Origin: Bacteroidia bacterium
Lineage (GTDB): Bacteria; Bacteroidota; Bacteroidia; M30B66
Assembly (NCBI GenBank): GCA_965279035.1
Contig: OZ257142.1
Coordinates: 2,240,001-2,304,000 of the forward strand
DNA: 64,000 nt
Direction: 5' to 3'
A program made the position numbers and the translations under genes. The notes beneath the pieces were generated by a model that saw only the letters and a list, made by a program, of their open reading frames with translations, was not told the origin of the DNA and made no database searches. This document shows positions 1 through 9,910 of this stretch, piece by piece; positions within the stretch are counted from its first letter, which is position 1, and each line of letters begins with the position of its first letter.

Positions 1-1
1 T

Positions 2-1291
2 CCGGTTTCACTAACTAATTTCGATGCAGGAGTAAATGCACTTGCGAACTCATACATACGCGGCGCCTACACTTGGATTAGCCTAGATGCATTTAATAAT
101 GGCTGTACGCCTGTTTCGGGAAATCTACAATACTTCTACGACAGTCATTTGCAGTTTATCAGCGCTGTACCACCTCCCGATTTCATTGGCGCCAATACCT
201 TATCATGGAATTTTACTGATTTATCTTACGATTCACCCCATTTGATGCCTTTACTCCGAATGAAAGTTGACAGTACAATACTTGTCGGAACTGAAATTTG
301 TTTTACAGCTTCGATCGGTTCACTAGCAGGTGATGTGGATTCTAGCAATAATTCAATATCATATTGCTCTAATGTTGTGAGTTCATACGATCCGAATTAC
401 ATCTCAGTTTTCCCAGCAGGGAAATGTGTTCCAGCTTATGTTGATGCCAACGAGCGACTTACCTATACAATCCGATTTCAGAATACAGGAACGTATCAGG
501 CAGAAAACATCTATTTGATCGACTCACTTCCATCAGCGCTCAACATGAATTCTGTGAGAGTAACTGGACAAAGTCACGAATCGATACTAACGGAAATTCT
601 TCCAGGAAATGTTCTGAAATTCAGGTTCGATGATATTTATTTACCTGATAGTGCTACTAATGAATCGGCCAGTCATGGATATGTTTCGTTTGATGTGTTG
701 CCGGTTAACGGAGTTGCCGATGGTACTGAAATCTCCAACAAAGCCGGAATTTATTTTGATTTTAATGATCCAGTTTATACAAACACCGTTTCAAATACCC
801 TTATTGCTGAAATTCCTATGGTTAACACCGATGTGGTTCAGTCAAATCTAACACTTACTGCCACGGCAAGCGGAGTTACATATCAATGGATCGATTGCAG
901 CAACCAAAATCAACCCATTGAAGGTGAAACGAGTCAGACATTTCAGGCACCCTTAAATGGCAACTATGCTGTGATTATTTCCGACGGCATTTGCGAAGGT
1001 ACTTCCACATGTTACAGTACAACCTTATTAGGTTTAATCTCATCTCCATCAAACATCCTTTCAATTTATCCGAATCCTTCAGAAAGGGGCTCACTGGTAA
1101 TAGAAGCGTTAGGACTAAATGGACCTTTTCAAATCGAAGTTTTAACTGTTACTGGTCAAACAATTTTGAGCAAATCATCTAACGGAATTGAGAAGACCAT
1201 CCTAGAATTGCCGGATGTTGCAGGTATTTATTTCATTAAAGCAGTAAAGGAGAATCGGTTAATTTCTGTTTCTAGGGTAATCAGAAACTGA
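2..1291 (+). CDS. T9SS type A sorting-domain secreted protein with DUF11/DUF7619-like domain (5' partial)
   Basis: Frame is open from position 2 (PVSLTNFDAG...) into the 149..1291 ORF. SYDPN...YTIRFQNTG...IYFDFN motif; C-terminal IYPNP...GIYFIK T9SS CTD. Confidence 0.8.
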   Translation, partial: PVSLTNFDAGVNALANSYIRGAYTWISLDAFNNGCTPVSGNLQYFYDSHLQFISAVPPPDFIGANTLSWNFTDLSYDSPHLMPLLRMKVDSTILVGTEICFTASIGSLAGDVDSSNNSISYCSNVVSSYDPNYISVFPAGKCVPAYVDANERLTYTIRFQNTGTYQAENIYLIDSLPSALNMNSVRVTGQSHESILTEILPGNVLKFRFDDIYLPDSATNESASHGYVSFDVLPVNGVADGTEISNKAGIYFDFNDPVYTNTVSNTLIAEIPMVNTDVVQSNLTLTATASGVTYQWIDCSNQNQPIEGETSQTFQAPLNGNYAVIISDGICEGTSTCYSTTLLGLISSPSNILSIYPNPSERGSLVIEALGLNGPFQIEVLTVTGQTILSKSSNGIEKTILELPDVAGIYFIKAVKENRLISVSRVIRN

Positions 1292-1804
1292 TCGGTTTTG
1301 ATTCTTTTTATGTTAAGTTTCTAGTAATCTGAGATTGCATTTTCTACTAAAATATTGTTTTTATAATTTCAGTAAACATGCTTGTATTGGTCCGGCAATT
1401 TGCGATTACACGAAACTGTTGAACCCAATTTAAAAACTAGAGAAATGTTTTATTCAGAATTGTCCTTTAGAACGAATATGCCTGCGTATTGCAATTTATT
1501 TGTTAAGTGTCGTACAGATTGGAAAAGCTAACATTTATTTTCCCCGTCAAACTTCCCTTACCAAATGTAAATTCCTTGGTGAACTTAAAATAAGGGGAGA
1601 TTTTTCGATGGTCACGTTGCTATAATCTTAACCGTATTCTTTTTCATCGGGCAGACTGATTTTCTTTAAAATGAAATATGTTTTTAAAATGAAATTATTA
1701 CTGAAGGATAATTCATTTTCAATGGATAAAAAACGTTTCAAGATTAAAATCAAATAATATATTTAGCGAAAGAATAAATAAAGCATGTTTTCGTTTTCAA
1801 TTTC

Positions 1805-2488
1805 ATGCAATTCAAATTTCTATTTTATTTAATCATTTTATTTCTATTTACCACAACAATATCTGCTCAAGGAATCATCAATAAAACAGCTCATATTGCT
1901 TATTATCACAATCAAATTGAATGGAATAAATTCAATGGATTCGCACTATCTGGATCATTAGATATTCATCGGAAAAAGAATAGAAAAACCGAATTGTCGC
2001 TAGGGTTTCAGTATAAACAAACATGGAAGAGTCAGCAATTCAGCAATCCATACGATACCGTTCAAAGTGCTATGGAAAATCCTACATATCCAATATGGCC
2101 ATATGAACGAACCATTTTAACCAAAGAAATAGCATTCCTTTTCGGACTTAAATGGAAATTAGTTCAACGCAAATACTACTCTTTAAAAGCTTCTATAGGA
2201 TTAATCGGCAATTATTATTTGCAATACCGTATGCATGGCTATGGCTATATTCCAGTTTCGCCAATTAGTCCTATGTATTCACCTGATCCTTTTCCCTTTC
2301 GTTACAGTTACAAAGGGAAAGGCAATCCCGAGTCATTCAGTTTTTGTTCCTATGCTTCGATAGAACTTGCTATTGGATCCTCAAAAAACAAGTACCTACC
2401 CGTATTAGTGGGGCAAATATGCAAAGATGTTTTATATGAAAATTGGTGTTATTTAATTGGATTAGGAATAAAGACGAATAGAAAATAG
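1805..2488 (+). CDS. hypothetical exported protein, possibly outer-membrane beta-barrel
   Basis: 227-aa ORF with a signal peptide (TISA|Q) and alternating aromatic/Gly strands. Confidence 0.55.
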   Translation: MQFKFLFYLIILFLFTTTISAQGIINKTAHIAYYHNQIEWNKFNGFALSGSLDIHRKKNRKTELSLGFQYKQTWKSQQFSNPYDTVQSAMENPTYPIWPYERTILTKEIAFLFGLKWKLVQRKYYSLKASIGLIGNYYLQYRMHGYGYIPVSPISPMYSPDPFPFRYSYKGKGNPESFSFCSYASIELAIGSSKNKYLPVLVGQICKDVLYENWCYLIGLGIKTNRK

Positions 2489-2536
2489 ATTACGAATTAA
2501 CAATTACAAATCTAATTCTCTCTACTAAATTCTTTT

Positions 2537-2571
2537 TACTCTATACTTTTTACTTTATACTCTCTACTGCT
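2537..2571 (+). repeat. 5x 7-bp tandem TACTnnn repeat
   Basis: tactcta tactttt tacttta tactctc tactgct, read directly from the sequence. Confidence 0.6.
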
Positions 2572-2584
2572 CTATCTTTATCCC

Positions 2585-3640
2585 ATGGAAGATCAATCGC
2601 CAAAGCGAAGTCGACGTGTGCGTTATTCAGGGACACATCCCAAAGCGTTTAAGGAGAAATACAAGGAATTACAACCTGAACATTACGCCGATGATGTAGC
2701 GAAGGTAATGCAGCAGGGAAGAACCCCAGCAGGAATGCATCGTTCTATTTGTGTGAACGAAATCATGGAATTTTTGCAACTCCAACCGGGACAAATTGGA
2801 ATGGATGCCACTTTAGGTTATGGTGGACATAGTTTGGAAATTCTAAAACGTATCACACCAGGAGGAAAGTTGTATGCCGTGGATGTTGATCCATTTGAAC
2901 TTCCTCGCACGCGTGAACGATTGGCTGCCCAAGGCTTTGGAGAAGATGTGCTTTGTATTCTAAAGATGAATTTTGCTGAAATCGATCAGATTATTGCAAT
3001 GGCGGGAAAACTGAATTTCGTCATGGCTGATTTAGGTGTTTCATCTATGCAGATTGATAATCCTGATCGGGGATTTTCCTTTAAAGTAGAAGGGCCGCTC
3101 GACTTACGACTCAACCCGAAAAGCGGTAAACCTGTTTCTGCTTTTTTGAAGACCGTAACACAATCAAAACTTGAAGAAATATTGCAACTTAATTCCGATG
3201 AGCCACATGCTGCGCTGATTTCTAAACTTATCGTTTCGAAAATTACTAGTGGTAAACCCATCGAAACGACAACTCAATTACAACAAACAATTCAAGAAGC
3301 AATCTCTTTTATTCCAGCTGAAACGCAAAAGGAAGAAGTGAAGAAAGCGTGTCAACGTTGTTTTCAAGCATTAAGAATTGAAGTGAACAATGAGTTTGGT
3401 GTACTTGATAAATTCTTAGATAAACTTCCTGCAGCGCTTCAACCTGGTGGACGAATAGCCATACTTTCCTTTCATTCGGGTGAAGATAGGCGGGTAAAAA
3501 AGTCCTTTCAACAGAATCTTCGATTAGGTATTTATAGTGCTATTTCGGAAGAACCAATTCGTCCAAGTGCCGAAGAATCATTTACTAATCCCCGAGCTCG
3601 TTCGGCAAAATTGCGTTGGGCTATCCTGAACTCGGAATGA
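2585..3640 (+). CDS. rsmH: RsmH/MraW-family 16S rRNA m4C methyltransferase (stand-alone form with N-terminal extension)
   Basis: DATLGYGGH, DLGVSSMQ, GPLDLR, FQALRIEVN, SFHSGEDR and NPRARSAKLR motifs. Confidence 0.85.
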   Translation: MEDQSPKRSRRVRYSGTHPKAFKEKYKELQPEHYADDVAKVMQQGRTPAGMHRSICVNEIMEFLQLQPGQIGMDATLGYGGHSLEILKRITPGGKLYAVDVDPFELPRTRERLAAQGFGEDVLCILKMNFAEIDQIIAMAGKLNFVMADLGVSSMQIDNPDRGFSFKVEGPLDLRLNPKSGKPVSAFLKTVTQSKLEEILQLNSDEPHAALISKLIVSKITSGKPIETTTQLQQTIQEAISFIPAETQKEEVKKACQRCFQALRIEVNNEFGVLDKFLDKLPAALQPGGRIAILSFHSGEDRRVKKSFQQNLRLGIYSAISEEPIRPSAEESFTNPRARSAKLRWAILNSE

Positions 3641-3646
3641 ATCCAT

Positions 3647-3654
3647 TAAATTTG
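3647..3654 (+). promoter_or_regulatory. Bacteroidota -7 promoter box for the metal operon
   Basis: TAAATTTG matches TAnnTTTG, 15 bp before the ATG at 3670. Confidence 0.5.
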
Positions 3655-3669
3655 TTCAACATTTAAAAA

Positions 3670-3891
3670 ATGAAATCAATTCAATTTAGTACGAATATAA
3701 ATTGTGGAAGCTGTGTGAGAGCTGTAACTCCTACATTGAATCAACTTGCTGGTAAAGGAAATTGGAGTGTTGATACCGAAAATCCTCAAAAAATTTTAAC
3801 TCTTATTCAAGACAATCTCGATGAAAATCGCGTTATTCAAGAATTGAAATTCCTTGGTTATACCGCAAATCCAATCCAAGCACTGGTTTAA
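3670..3891 (+). CDS. cytoplasmic heavy-metal-associated (HMA, CopZ-like) chaperone
   Basis: 73 aa with an INCGSC CxxC motif and C-terminal LGY. Confidence 0.8.
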   Translation: MKSIQFSTNINCGSCVRAVTPTLNQLAGKGNWSVDTENPQKILTLIQDNLDENRVIQELKFLGYTANPIQALV

Positions 3892-4269
3892 ATGTTTAAG
3901 CGAATCCTACTTATTCCCATTTTATTGCTTTACTTAATCAGTATTGCAGGAATTCGTATGCAAGCGCATTATTGTCACCAAGAATTTAGCGAACTCAGTT
4001 TTAATCCATTTCACCAAGCTGAGTGCGGATGTTCAAAAGAAGAAAAGTCCTGCTGTGATGATGCTCAATTTCTACTTCAAATTACTACAGTCTATGCACC
4101 ATCACCAGTCATTACAACACCCGATGTGCAATTGATTTCTTCAATCATCTCCAGCTTTGAAGAATTCCATTTTCAATCAATCACACCAATCCAACCCAAT
4201 CCTTTTTGTTTCTCCAACGAATTTCCTCCTCCAGATAAAATAGTTTCTTGCAGACAATTCAAGATTTGA
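3892..4269 (+). CDS. HYC_CC_PP-family protein
   Basis: N-terminal hydrophobic segment, then HYC, CGC, SCC and C-terminal PPP; lies upstream of a TonB receptor. Confidence 0.75.
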   Translation: MFKRILLIPILLLYLISIAGIRMQAHYCHQEFSELSFNPFHQAECGCSKEEKSCCDDAQFLLQITTVYAPSPVITTPDVQLISSIISSFEEFHFQSITPIQPNPFCFSNEFPPPDKIVSCRQFKI

Positions 4270-4320
4270 GATAAAGAAATCCTAACTGATTTTAATTCAT
4301 TCATCTCAACTCTTCAACTC

Positions 4321-4674
4321 ATGAAAACCATTTTATTATCGGGTATTTTTACCCTATTTTTCCTTTCAAGCAATGCACAAGTAATTTCTGAAACTCTTTT
4401 AGTAGCGGGCAATTGCGAAATGTGTAAAAAACACATTGAAACAGCTGTCGATCTAAAAGGTGTTAAAAAAGCAAGCTGGGATTCTAATACGAAACAGCTT
4501 GCAATCCAATACGATTCAAAGAAAATATCTAGGGATAAAATCATATCAGCCATATCTGAAGCGGGCTACGATTCCGAATGGATGAAAGCCGATTCGGCTG
4601 CCTATCAGAAATTAGATAAATGCTGTCAATTCGAGCGAATAGAACCAACAAAAAAAGAATCCGGAAAACCCTAA
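4321..4674 (+). CDS. periplasmic HMA-domain metal-binding protein
   Basis: Signal peptide (SNA|Q), GNCEMC motif, AGY, and a second Cys pair (LDKCCQF). Confidence 0.8.
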   Translation: MKTILLSGIFTLFFLSSNAQVISETLLVAGNCEMCKKHIETAVDLKGVKKASWDSNTKQLAIQYDSKKISRDKIISAISEAGYDSEWMKADSAAYQKLDKCCQFERIEPTKKESGKP

Positions 4675-4718
4675 ATTCATTTCCGATTTGTGATGGATTT
4701 TATTCAATTTCAAGAATC

Positions 4719-6950
4719 ATGAAAACACATGCCATCTTTGTGCTGTTTTTCTTTTTTCTTACTACACATTTATCGTCCCAAACCATTGAGGGGAAAGTGT
4801 TGCAGGAAGAAGAAGATAGAACTATTTCGCCTGTTTATAATGCTACAATTTATTGGCAAGGAACTTCCACTTCCACACAAAGCGATAGTTTAGGTTTTTT
4901 TCAAATTCAAGATCTTCACCTAAATTCTAAACTAATTATTTCATACACAGGCTTTATTGCTGATACGCTTACTCTTTCTGCCAACGATTCCATTACCGTA
5001 AAACTGCATTCTAAAACGCATCTTAAAACGGTTGAGATTAGTGTTCGTCAATCATCAACCTACTTATCTTCTTTAAATCCAATCAACACCGAAATACTCA
5101 CTACAGCCGAATTAAATAAAGCTGCTTGTTGCAATTTATCGGAGAGTTTTGAAACCAATAATTCGGTTGATGTCAGTAGCACAGATGCTGTAACTGGAAC
5201 CAAGAAAATTACCATGCTTGGTTTGTCGGGAATCTACACACAAATCACTCAAGAGAATCTACCTTCACTTCGTGGATTGCTTGGCAGTTCTGGATTACAG
5301 CAATTGCCAGGAACCTGGATTGAATCCATACAAATTAGCAAAGGTGTTGGTTCAGTGGCGAATGGTTTTGAATCGATAACAGGTCAAATCAACATCGAAT
5401 TAAAGAAGCCTTTTGATAAAGAAACATTCATGCTGAACGGCTATTTCAATCAAATGAATCGTTCCGAATTGAACTTGAATAAATCAATTATCCTGAATAA
5501 AAAATGGGCAACCTTGCTTTTTGTTCATGGCGATTACATGAAAAATCCCATTGATCGGAATAAGGATAAATTCATGGATGTTCCCGATGGAAATCAATGG
5601 AATGTGCTTAATCGCTGGATGTATCGAAGTGGTAAAAATTTATCTGCACAGTTTGGAGTTCAAGCAGTTGGCGACAAACGACGCTCAGGAACAGCGCATC
5701 AAGGAACTGCTTTCGATGTAGTGCATGATTGGCGCTTTAACAAAGAAGTTTACCGTATAGATGCATTTGGAAAACTCGGATATATTTTTCCTCAAAAGCC
5801 CAATACAAGCATCGGATTTTTAGGGAATACGCAAGTAAACCGACAAAGGACAGTTCTCGGAAATCGTTGGTACGACGCAGATCAGCAAAGTGCTTATGGA
5901 AGTATTATTTTTCAAAGCTATTTCGGAAATTCAAATCATAAATACCGTCTCGGAACAAATGTCCAATACGATCGAATGGAAGAGTATTTTAGCGGGCAGC
6001 CATTTCTTCGGAAAGAATTTGTTGCAGGTGCCTTTTTCGAATACACGTTAACTGCTGGTAAATCGGTTATTGTTGGTGGAATTCGAGCCGATCATAATTC
6101 ACTCTTTGGAAGTTTTATCACGCCACGTTTACACTATAAATACCAAGTATCAGAGAAAACAACGTTTCGCATTTCGGGTGGAAGAGGACAGAGAACAGCT
6201 AATATTATTGAAGAAAACCTTTCCTATTTAGTAAGTTCTCGTTTGCTCATTCTTCAGCAAAATCAAGCTGCATTGGGCAAAGCCTATGGGTTCTTACCTG
6301 AAATAGCTTGGAATAGCGGAATAGGAATGAATACCTCATTCACTATTTTCGGACAAGAAGGAAGCATTTCAGCTGATGTATTTGAAACCTGGTTTCAGCG
6401 TCAAGTTGTTATTGACGTAGACAATTCCCCTCATCAATTAAGAATATATAATCTTGATGGGAAATCACAAGCAATCAGTTCGCAAGTCGACTACAATCAA
6501 GCAATCGGGCGCCGTTTCGACTTACGTATTTCCTATAAATACACCTATACACAAACCCAATATCTAATTGGAAATCGTTCACGGCCTTTTGTATCTCCGC
6601 ATCGTGCAATCCTAAATCTTGCATTTCATTCACGTCAAGATAAATGGTTGATCGACTTTACTGCAAATTATATCAGCTCTAAACGGCTTCCTTCAAGTGC
6701 TTCCAATCCTTCGGCTTTTCAAATGCCTCTGAATTCGCCCAATTATGTCTTAGATAACACGCAAATCACTCGGAATATTAAACGTTGGTCATTCTATATA
6801 GGAGTTGAAAATTTATTGGATGTATATCAACTGCAGATGATTGTTTCACCCGATGATCCACATTCCCAATATTTCGATGCTTCCTATATCTGGGGACCCA
6901 ATTTTGGACGCATGATTTACACTGGATTTCGATTTAAAATCGCTTCCTAA
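4719..6950 (+). CDS. TonB-dependent receptor (metal-operon type)
   Basis: Likely start MKTHAIF at 4719. CarboxypepD_reg-like N-domain, plug with KAACCNLSESFE and IESIQISKG, and barrel C-terminus GRMIYTGFRFKI. Confidence 0.85.
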   Translation: MKTHAIFVLFFFFLTTHLSSQTIEGKVLQEEEDRTISPVYNATIYWQGTSTSTQSDSLGFFQIQDLHLNSKLIISYTGFIADTLTLSANDSITVKLHSKTHLKTVEISVRQSSTYLSSLNPINTEILTTAELNKAACCNLSESFETNNSVDVSSTDAVTGTKKITMLGLSGIYTQITQENLPSLRGLLGSSGLQQLPGTWIESIQISKGVGSVANGFESITGQINIELKKPFDKETFMLNGYFNQMNRSELNLNKSIILNKKWATLLFVHGDYMKNPIDRNKDKFMDVPDGNQWNVLNRWMYRSGKNLSAQFGVQAVGDKRRSGTAHQGTAFDVVHDWRFNKEVYRIDAFGKLGYIFPQKPNTSIGFLGNTQVNRQRTVLGNRWYDADQQSAYGSIIFQSYFGNSNHKYRLGTNVQYDRMEEYFSGQPFLRKEFVAGAFFEYTLTAGKSVIVGGIRADHNSLFGSFITPRLHYKYQVSEKTTFRISGGRGQRTANIIEENLSYLVSSRLLILQQNQAALGKAYGFLPEIAWNSGIGMNTSFTIFGQEGSISADVFETWFQRQVVIDVDNSPHQLRIYNLDGKSQAISSQVDYNQAIGRRFDLRISYKYTYTQTQYLIGNRSRPFVSPHRAILNLAFHSRQDKWLIDFTANYISSKRLPSSASNPSAFQMPLNSPNYVLDNTQITRNIKRWSFYIGVENLLDVYQLQMIVSPDDPHSQYFDASYIWGPNFGRMIYTGFRFKIAS

Positions 6951-6980
6951 AATTTCGAATACAGCAATCATTTCTTAAGC

Positions 6981-7083
6981 AGTCGAATTGGCATTTCGTT
7001 TTTCAACGAAGCGCCAGAATGGCTGATAATGAAGGGCTTTCCTGACAATTTTACGATATTCGATAGAGGGCTGTATTGTTGCA
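6981..7083 (+). promoter_or_regulatory. putative clpB regulatory region: three TGNCA-N3-TGNCA-like sites and a GG-N10-GC sigma54-like box
   Basis: AGTCGAATTGGCA (6981), CGCCAGAATGGCT (7012), TGACAATTTTACG (7043); GGCTGTATTGTTGCA at 7069-7083. Confidence 0.45.
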
Positions 7084-7111
7084 AAGGGCAGTTCGACATA
7101 AATTATTTCAC

Positions 7112-9730
7112 ATGAATTTTAACCAGTTTACTATTAAAGCGCAGGAGGCCGTGCAACAAGCACAGCAATTAGCTGCTCAGAATGGACAACAAGCTATCGA
7201 AACCGGACACTTGCTCAAAGGTGTTTTGGAAGTAGATGAGAATGTATTGCCTTATTTATTTAAGAAATTAAGTGTCAACTCACCTGCATTGATTGCTGCA
7301 TTGGATAGCATCGTTAAAGGATATCCCAAAGTTTCAGGAGGAACACCTTATTTATCGAATACGGCACAAGCAGCTTTAACCAAAGCAACTACCTTGATGC
7401 AGGAAATGAAAGATGAATTCGTTTCCATCGAACATATTGCCTTAGGAATTTTGGCTGGAAATGATCCCGTAGCGCGACTTTTAAAAGATTCGGGATTGAA
7501 TGATAAAGATATGCGTGCAGCCGTTGCCGAATTACGCAAAGGTGCTCGTGTGACTTCTCAAACAAGCGAAGACACGTACAACGCACTAAACAAATACGCC
7601 AAAAACCTGAACGAAATGGCCCGTAATGGCAAGCTCGATCCAGTGATTGGTCGTGATGAGGAAATTCGTCGTGTGCTGCAAATTTTGAGTCGTCGTACTA
7701 AAAACAATCCCATTTTAATTGGTGAACCAGGAGTTGGTAAAACTGCCATCGCCGAAGGTTTGGCGCATCGGATTGTAAATGGCGATGTTCCCGAAAATTT
7801 AAAAAGTAAGCAGATTTATTCACTCGATATGGGTGCATTAATCGCTGGTGCAAAATACAAAGGTGAATTTGAAGAACGTCTCAAATCGGTTGTGAAAGAA
7901 GTGACCGAATCGGATGGCGATATCGTTTTATTCATTGATGAAATTCACACACTTGTTGGTGCTGGAGGTGGCGAAGGAGCAATGGATGCGGCAAACATTT
8001 TAAAGCCTGCTTTATCACGCGGTGAGTTACGTGCTATTGGTGCAACTACACTCAACGAATACCAGAAATATTTCGAAAAAGACAAAGCTTTGGAACGTCG
8101 TTTCCAAAAGGTGTTGATTGATGAACCTGATGCTGCCGATGCTATTTCGATTTTACGTGGATTGAAAGAGAAATACGAAAATCACCACAAAGTGCTCATT
8201 AAAGATGAAGCAATTATTGCCGCAGTTGAAATGAGTCAACGGTATATCAACGATCGTTTCTTGCCCGATAAAGCCATCGATTTAATTGATGAAGCTGCAT
8301 CGAAACTTCGGATGGAAATTAATTCCTTACCTGAAGAATTAGATGAATTAGAACGTAAAATTCGTCAGCTCGAAATTGAGCGTGAGGCCATCAAACGGGA
8401 GAATGATCAAAAGAAATTATCTTCATTAAGTGAAGAAATTGCCAACCTAGAACAGGATCGTTCTTCCCTTCGTTCAAAATGGCAAAGTGAAAAAGATGTG
8501 CTCGACCAAATTCAGAAAAACAAACAGCTCATCGACGATTATAAATTCGAAGCAGAGCAAGCCGAACGCAGTGGAGATTTTGGAAAAGTAGCTGAATTAC
8601 GCTATGGAAAAATCAAAATTGCAGAAGCCGAAATTGAAACATTACGTGCTCAATTAATCGATACTCAAAGCGGCAAAGCGATGATTAAAGAGGAAGTGGA
8701 TGCCGAAGATATTGCAGGTGTTGTAAGCCGTTGGACTGGAATTCCAGTTTCCAGCATGTTGCAAAGTGAGCGGGAGAAATTACTCAACCTCGAAACCGAA
8801 TTGCACAAACGTGTAGTAGGGCAGGAGGAAGCGATTGAAGCGGTGTCTGATGCGATTCGTCGTGCCCGTGCTGGTTTGCAGGACAAAAAACGCCCAATTG
8901 GATCTTTCATTTTCCTTGGAACAACCGGTGTTGGAAAAACAGAATTAGCCAAAGCGCTTGCTGAGTTTCTCTTCAATAACGATCAAGCCATGACGCGAAT
9001 CGATATGAGTGAATATCAAGAACGTCACACGGTAAGTCGCTTGGTTGGTGCACCTCCTGGATATGTTGGTTATGAAGAAGGCGGACAATTAACCGAAGCC
9101 GTTCGTCGCAAGCCATACAGTGTGGTGTTATTGGATGAAATTGAAAAAGCGCATCCGGATGTTTTCAATATTCTGCTTCAGGTTTTGGATGATGGTCGTT
9201 TGACTGATAATAAAGGTCGTGTGGTGAATTTTAAAAATACCATCATCATTATGACTTCGAATATTGGTTCTCACTTGATTCAAGAGAGTTTCGATAAAAT
9301 TGGAGATAAAGATATCGACGAAGTAATTGCTGAAGCGAAAGTGAATGTGTTTGAACTGTTGAAGAAAACGATTCGTCCCGAGTTTTTAAATCGAATTGAT
9401 GATATCATCATGTTTCAACCACTCAGTCGCGAAAATGTGGAAGAGATTGTTCGCATGCAATTCAAAGGTGTTCAAGCATTGTTGATTGAACAAGGATTTC
9501 ATATTGAAGCAACCGAAGAAGCTATCGATTGGTTAGCTCAATTGGGCTACGATCCACAATTTGGCGCTCGTCCGGTGAAACGATTGTTTCAGAAAAAAGT
9601 GCTGAATGAATTGAGTAAGCAGATTTTAGCTGGAAGTATCAGTCAAGAACAACCCATTGTGCTCGATATGGTTGAGAATCATCTATTCTTCAGAAATAAA
9701 AAAGAAGAGACTTTGATATCTTCCAATTAA
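7112..9730 (+). CDS. clpB: ATP-dependent chaperone ClpB
   Basis: MNFNQFT start, two AAA+ modules ([16 protein letters not shown]), coiled-coil M domain and GARP motif. Confidence 0.97.
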   Translation: MNFNQFTIKAQEAVQQAQQLAAQNGQQAIETGHLLKGVLEVDENVLPYLFKKLSVNSPALIAALDSIVKGYPKVSGGTPYLSNTAQAALTKATTLMQEMKDEFVSIEHIALGILAGNDPVARLLKDSGLNDKDMRAAVAELRKGARVTSQTSEDTYNALNKYAKNLNEMARNGKLDPVIGRDEEIRRVLQILSRRTKNNPILIGEPGVGKTAIAEGLAHRIVNGDVPENLKSKQIYSLDMGALIAGAKYKGEFEERLKSVVKEVTESDGDIVLFIDEIHTLVGAGGGEGAMDAANILKPALSRGELRAIGATTLNEYQKYFEKDKALERRFQKVLIDEPDAADAISILRGLKEKYENHHKVLIKDEAIIAAVEMSQRYINDRFLPDKAIDLIDEAASKLRMEINSLPEELDELERKIRQLEIEREAIKRENDQKKLSSLSEEIANLEQDRSSLRSKWQSEKDVLDQIQKNKQLIDDYKFEAEQAERSGDFGKVAELRYGKIKIAEAEIETLRAQLIDTQSGKAMIKEEVDAEDIAGVVSRWTGIPVSSMLQSEREKLLNLETELHKRVVGQEEAIEAVSDAIRRARAGLQDKKRPIGSFIFLGTTGVGKTELAKALAEFLFNNDQAMTRIDMSEYQERHTVSRLVGAPPGYVGYEEGGQLTEAVRRKPYSVVLLDEIEKAHPDVFNILLQVLDDGRLTDNKGRVVNFKNTIIIMTSNIGSHLIQESFDKIGDKDIDEVIAEAKVNVFELLKKTIRPEFLNRIDDIIMFQPLSRENVEEIVRMQFKGVQALLIEQGFHIEATEEAIDWLAQLGYDPQFGARPVKRLFQKKVLNELSKQILAGSISQEQPIVLDMVENHLFFRNKKEETLISSN

Positions 9731-9803
9731 TTCCAAAACAATACGCAGGTATTCCTGTTTATTCAATTCATAGTGTAGCAACTACGTTTTAGTTTTCTTC
9801 ATC

Positions 9804-9835
9804 AAGCATCGGGTCATTCCGGTGCTTTTTGTTTT
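9804..9835 (+). terminator. intrinsic terminator after clpB
   Basis: aagcatcgg-gtcatt-ccggtgctt followed by a T-run. Confidence 0.7.
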
Positions 9836-9910
9836 ATAGATATTGATAGATTTTGCATTCCACATCTTCAATTAATTAATTCATTACTTAGTACTATCAA
9901 TTTTAGATCG

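Noticed and set aside
1292-1804. possible pseudogene on the minus strand (ISLPDEKEYG*...SPYFKFTKEFTFGKGSL...)
   Set aside because: It needs a frameshift and several stops, and I cannot assign a family by eye. A tBLASTx search would be needed.
7348-8976. short antisense ORFs within clpB (similarly within parC, pbpC, pyrD and GH97)
   Set aside because: Codon-bias shadows of long, well-supported genes.
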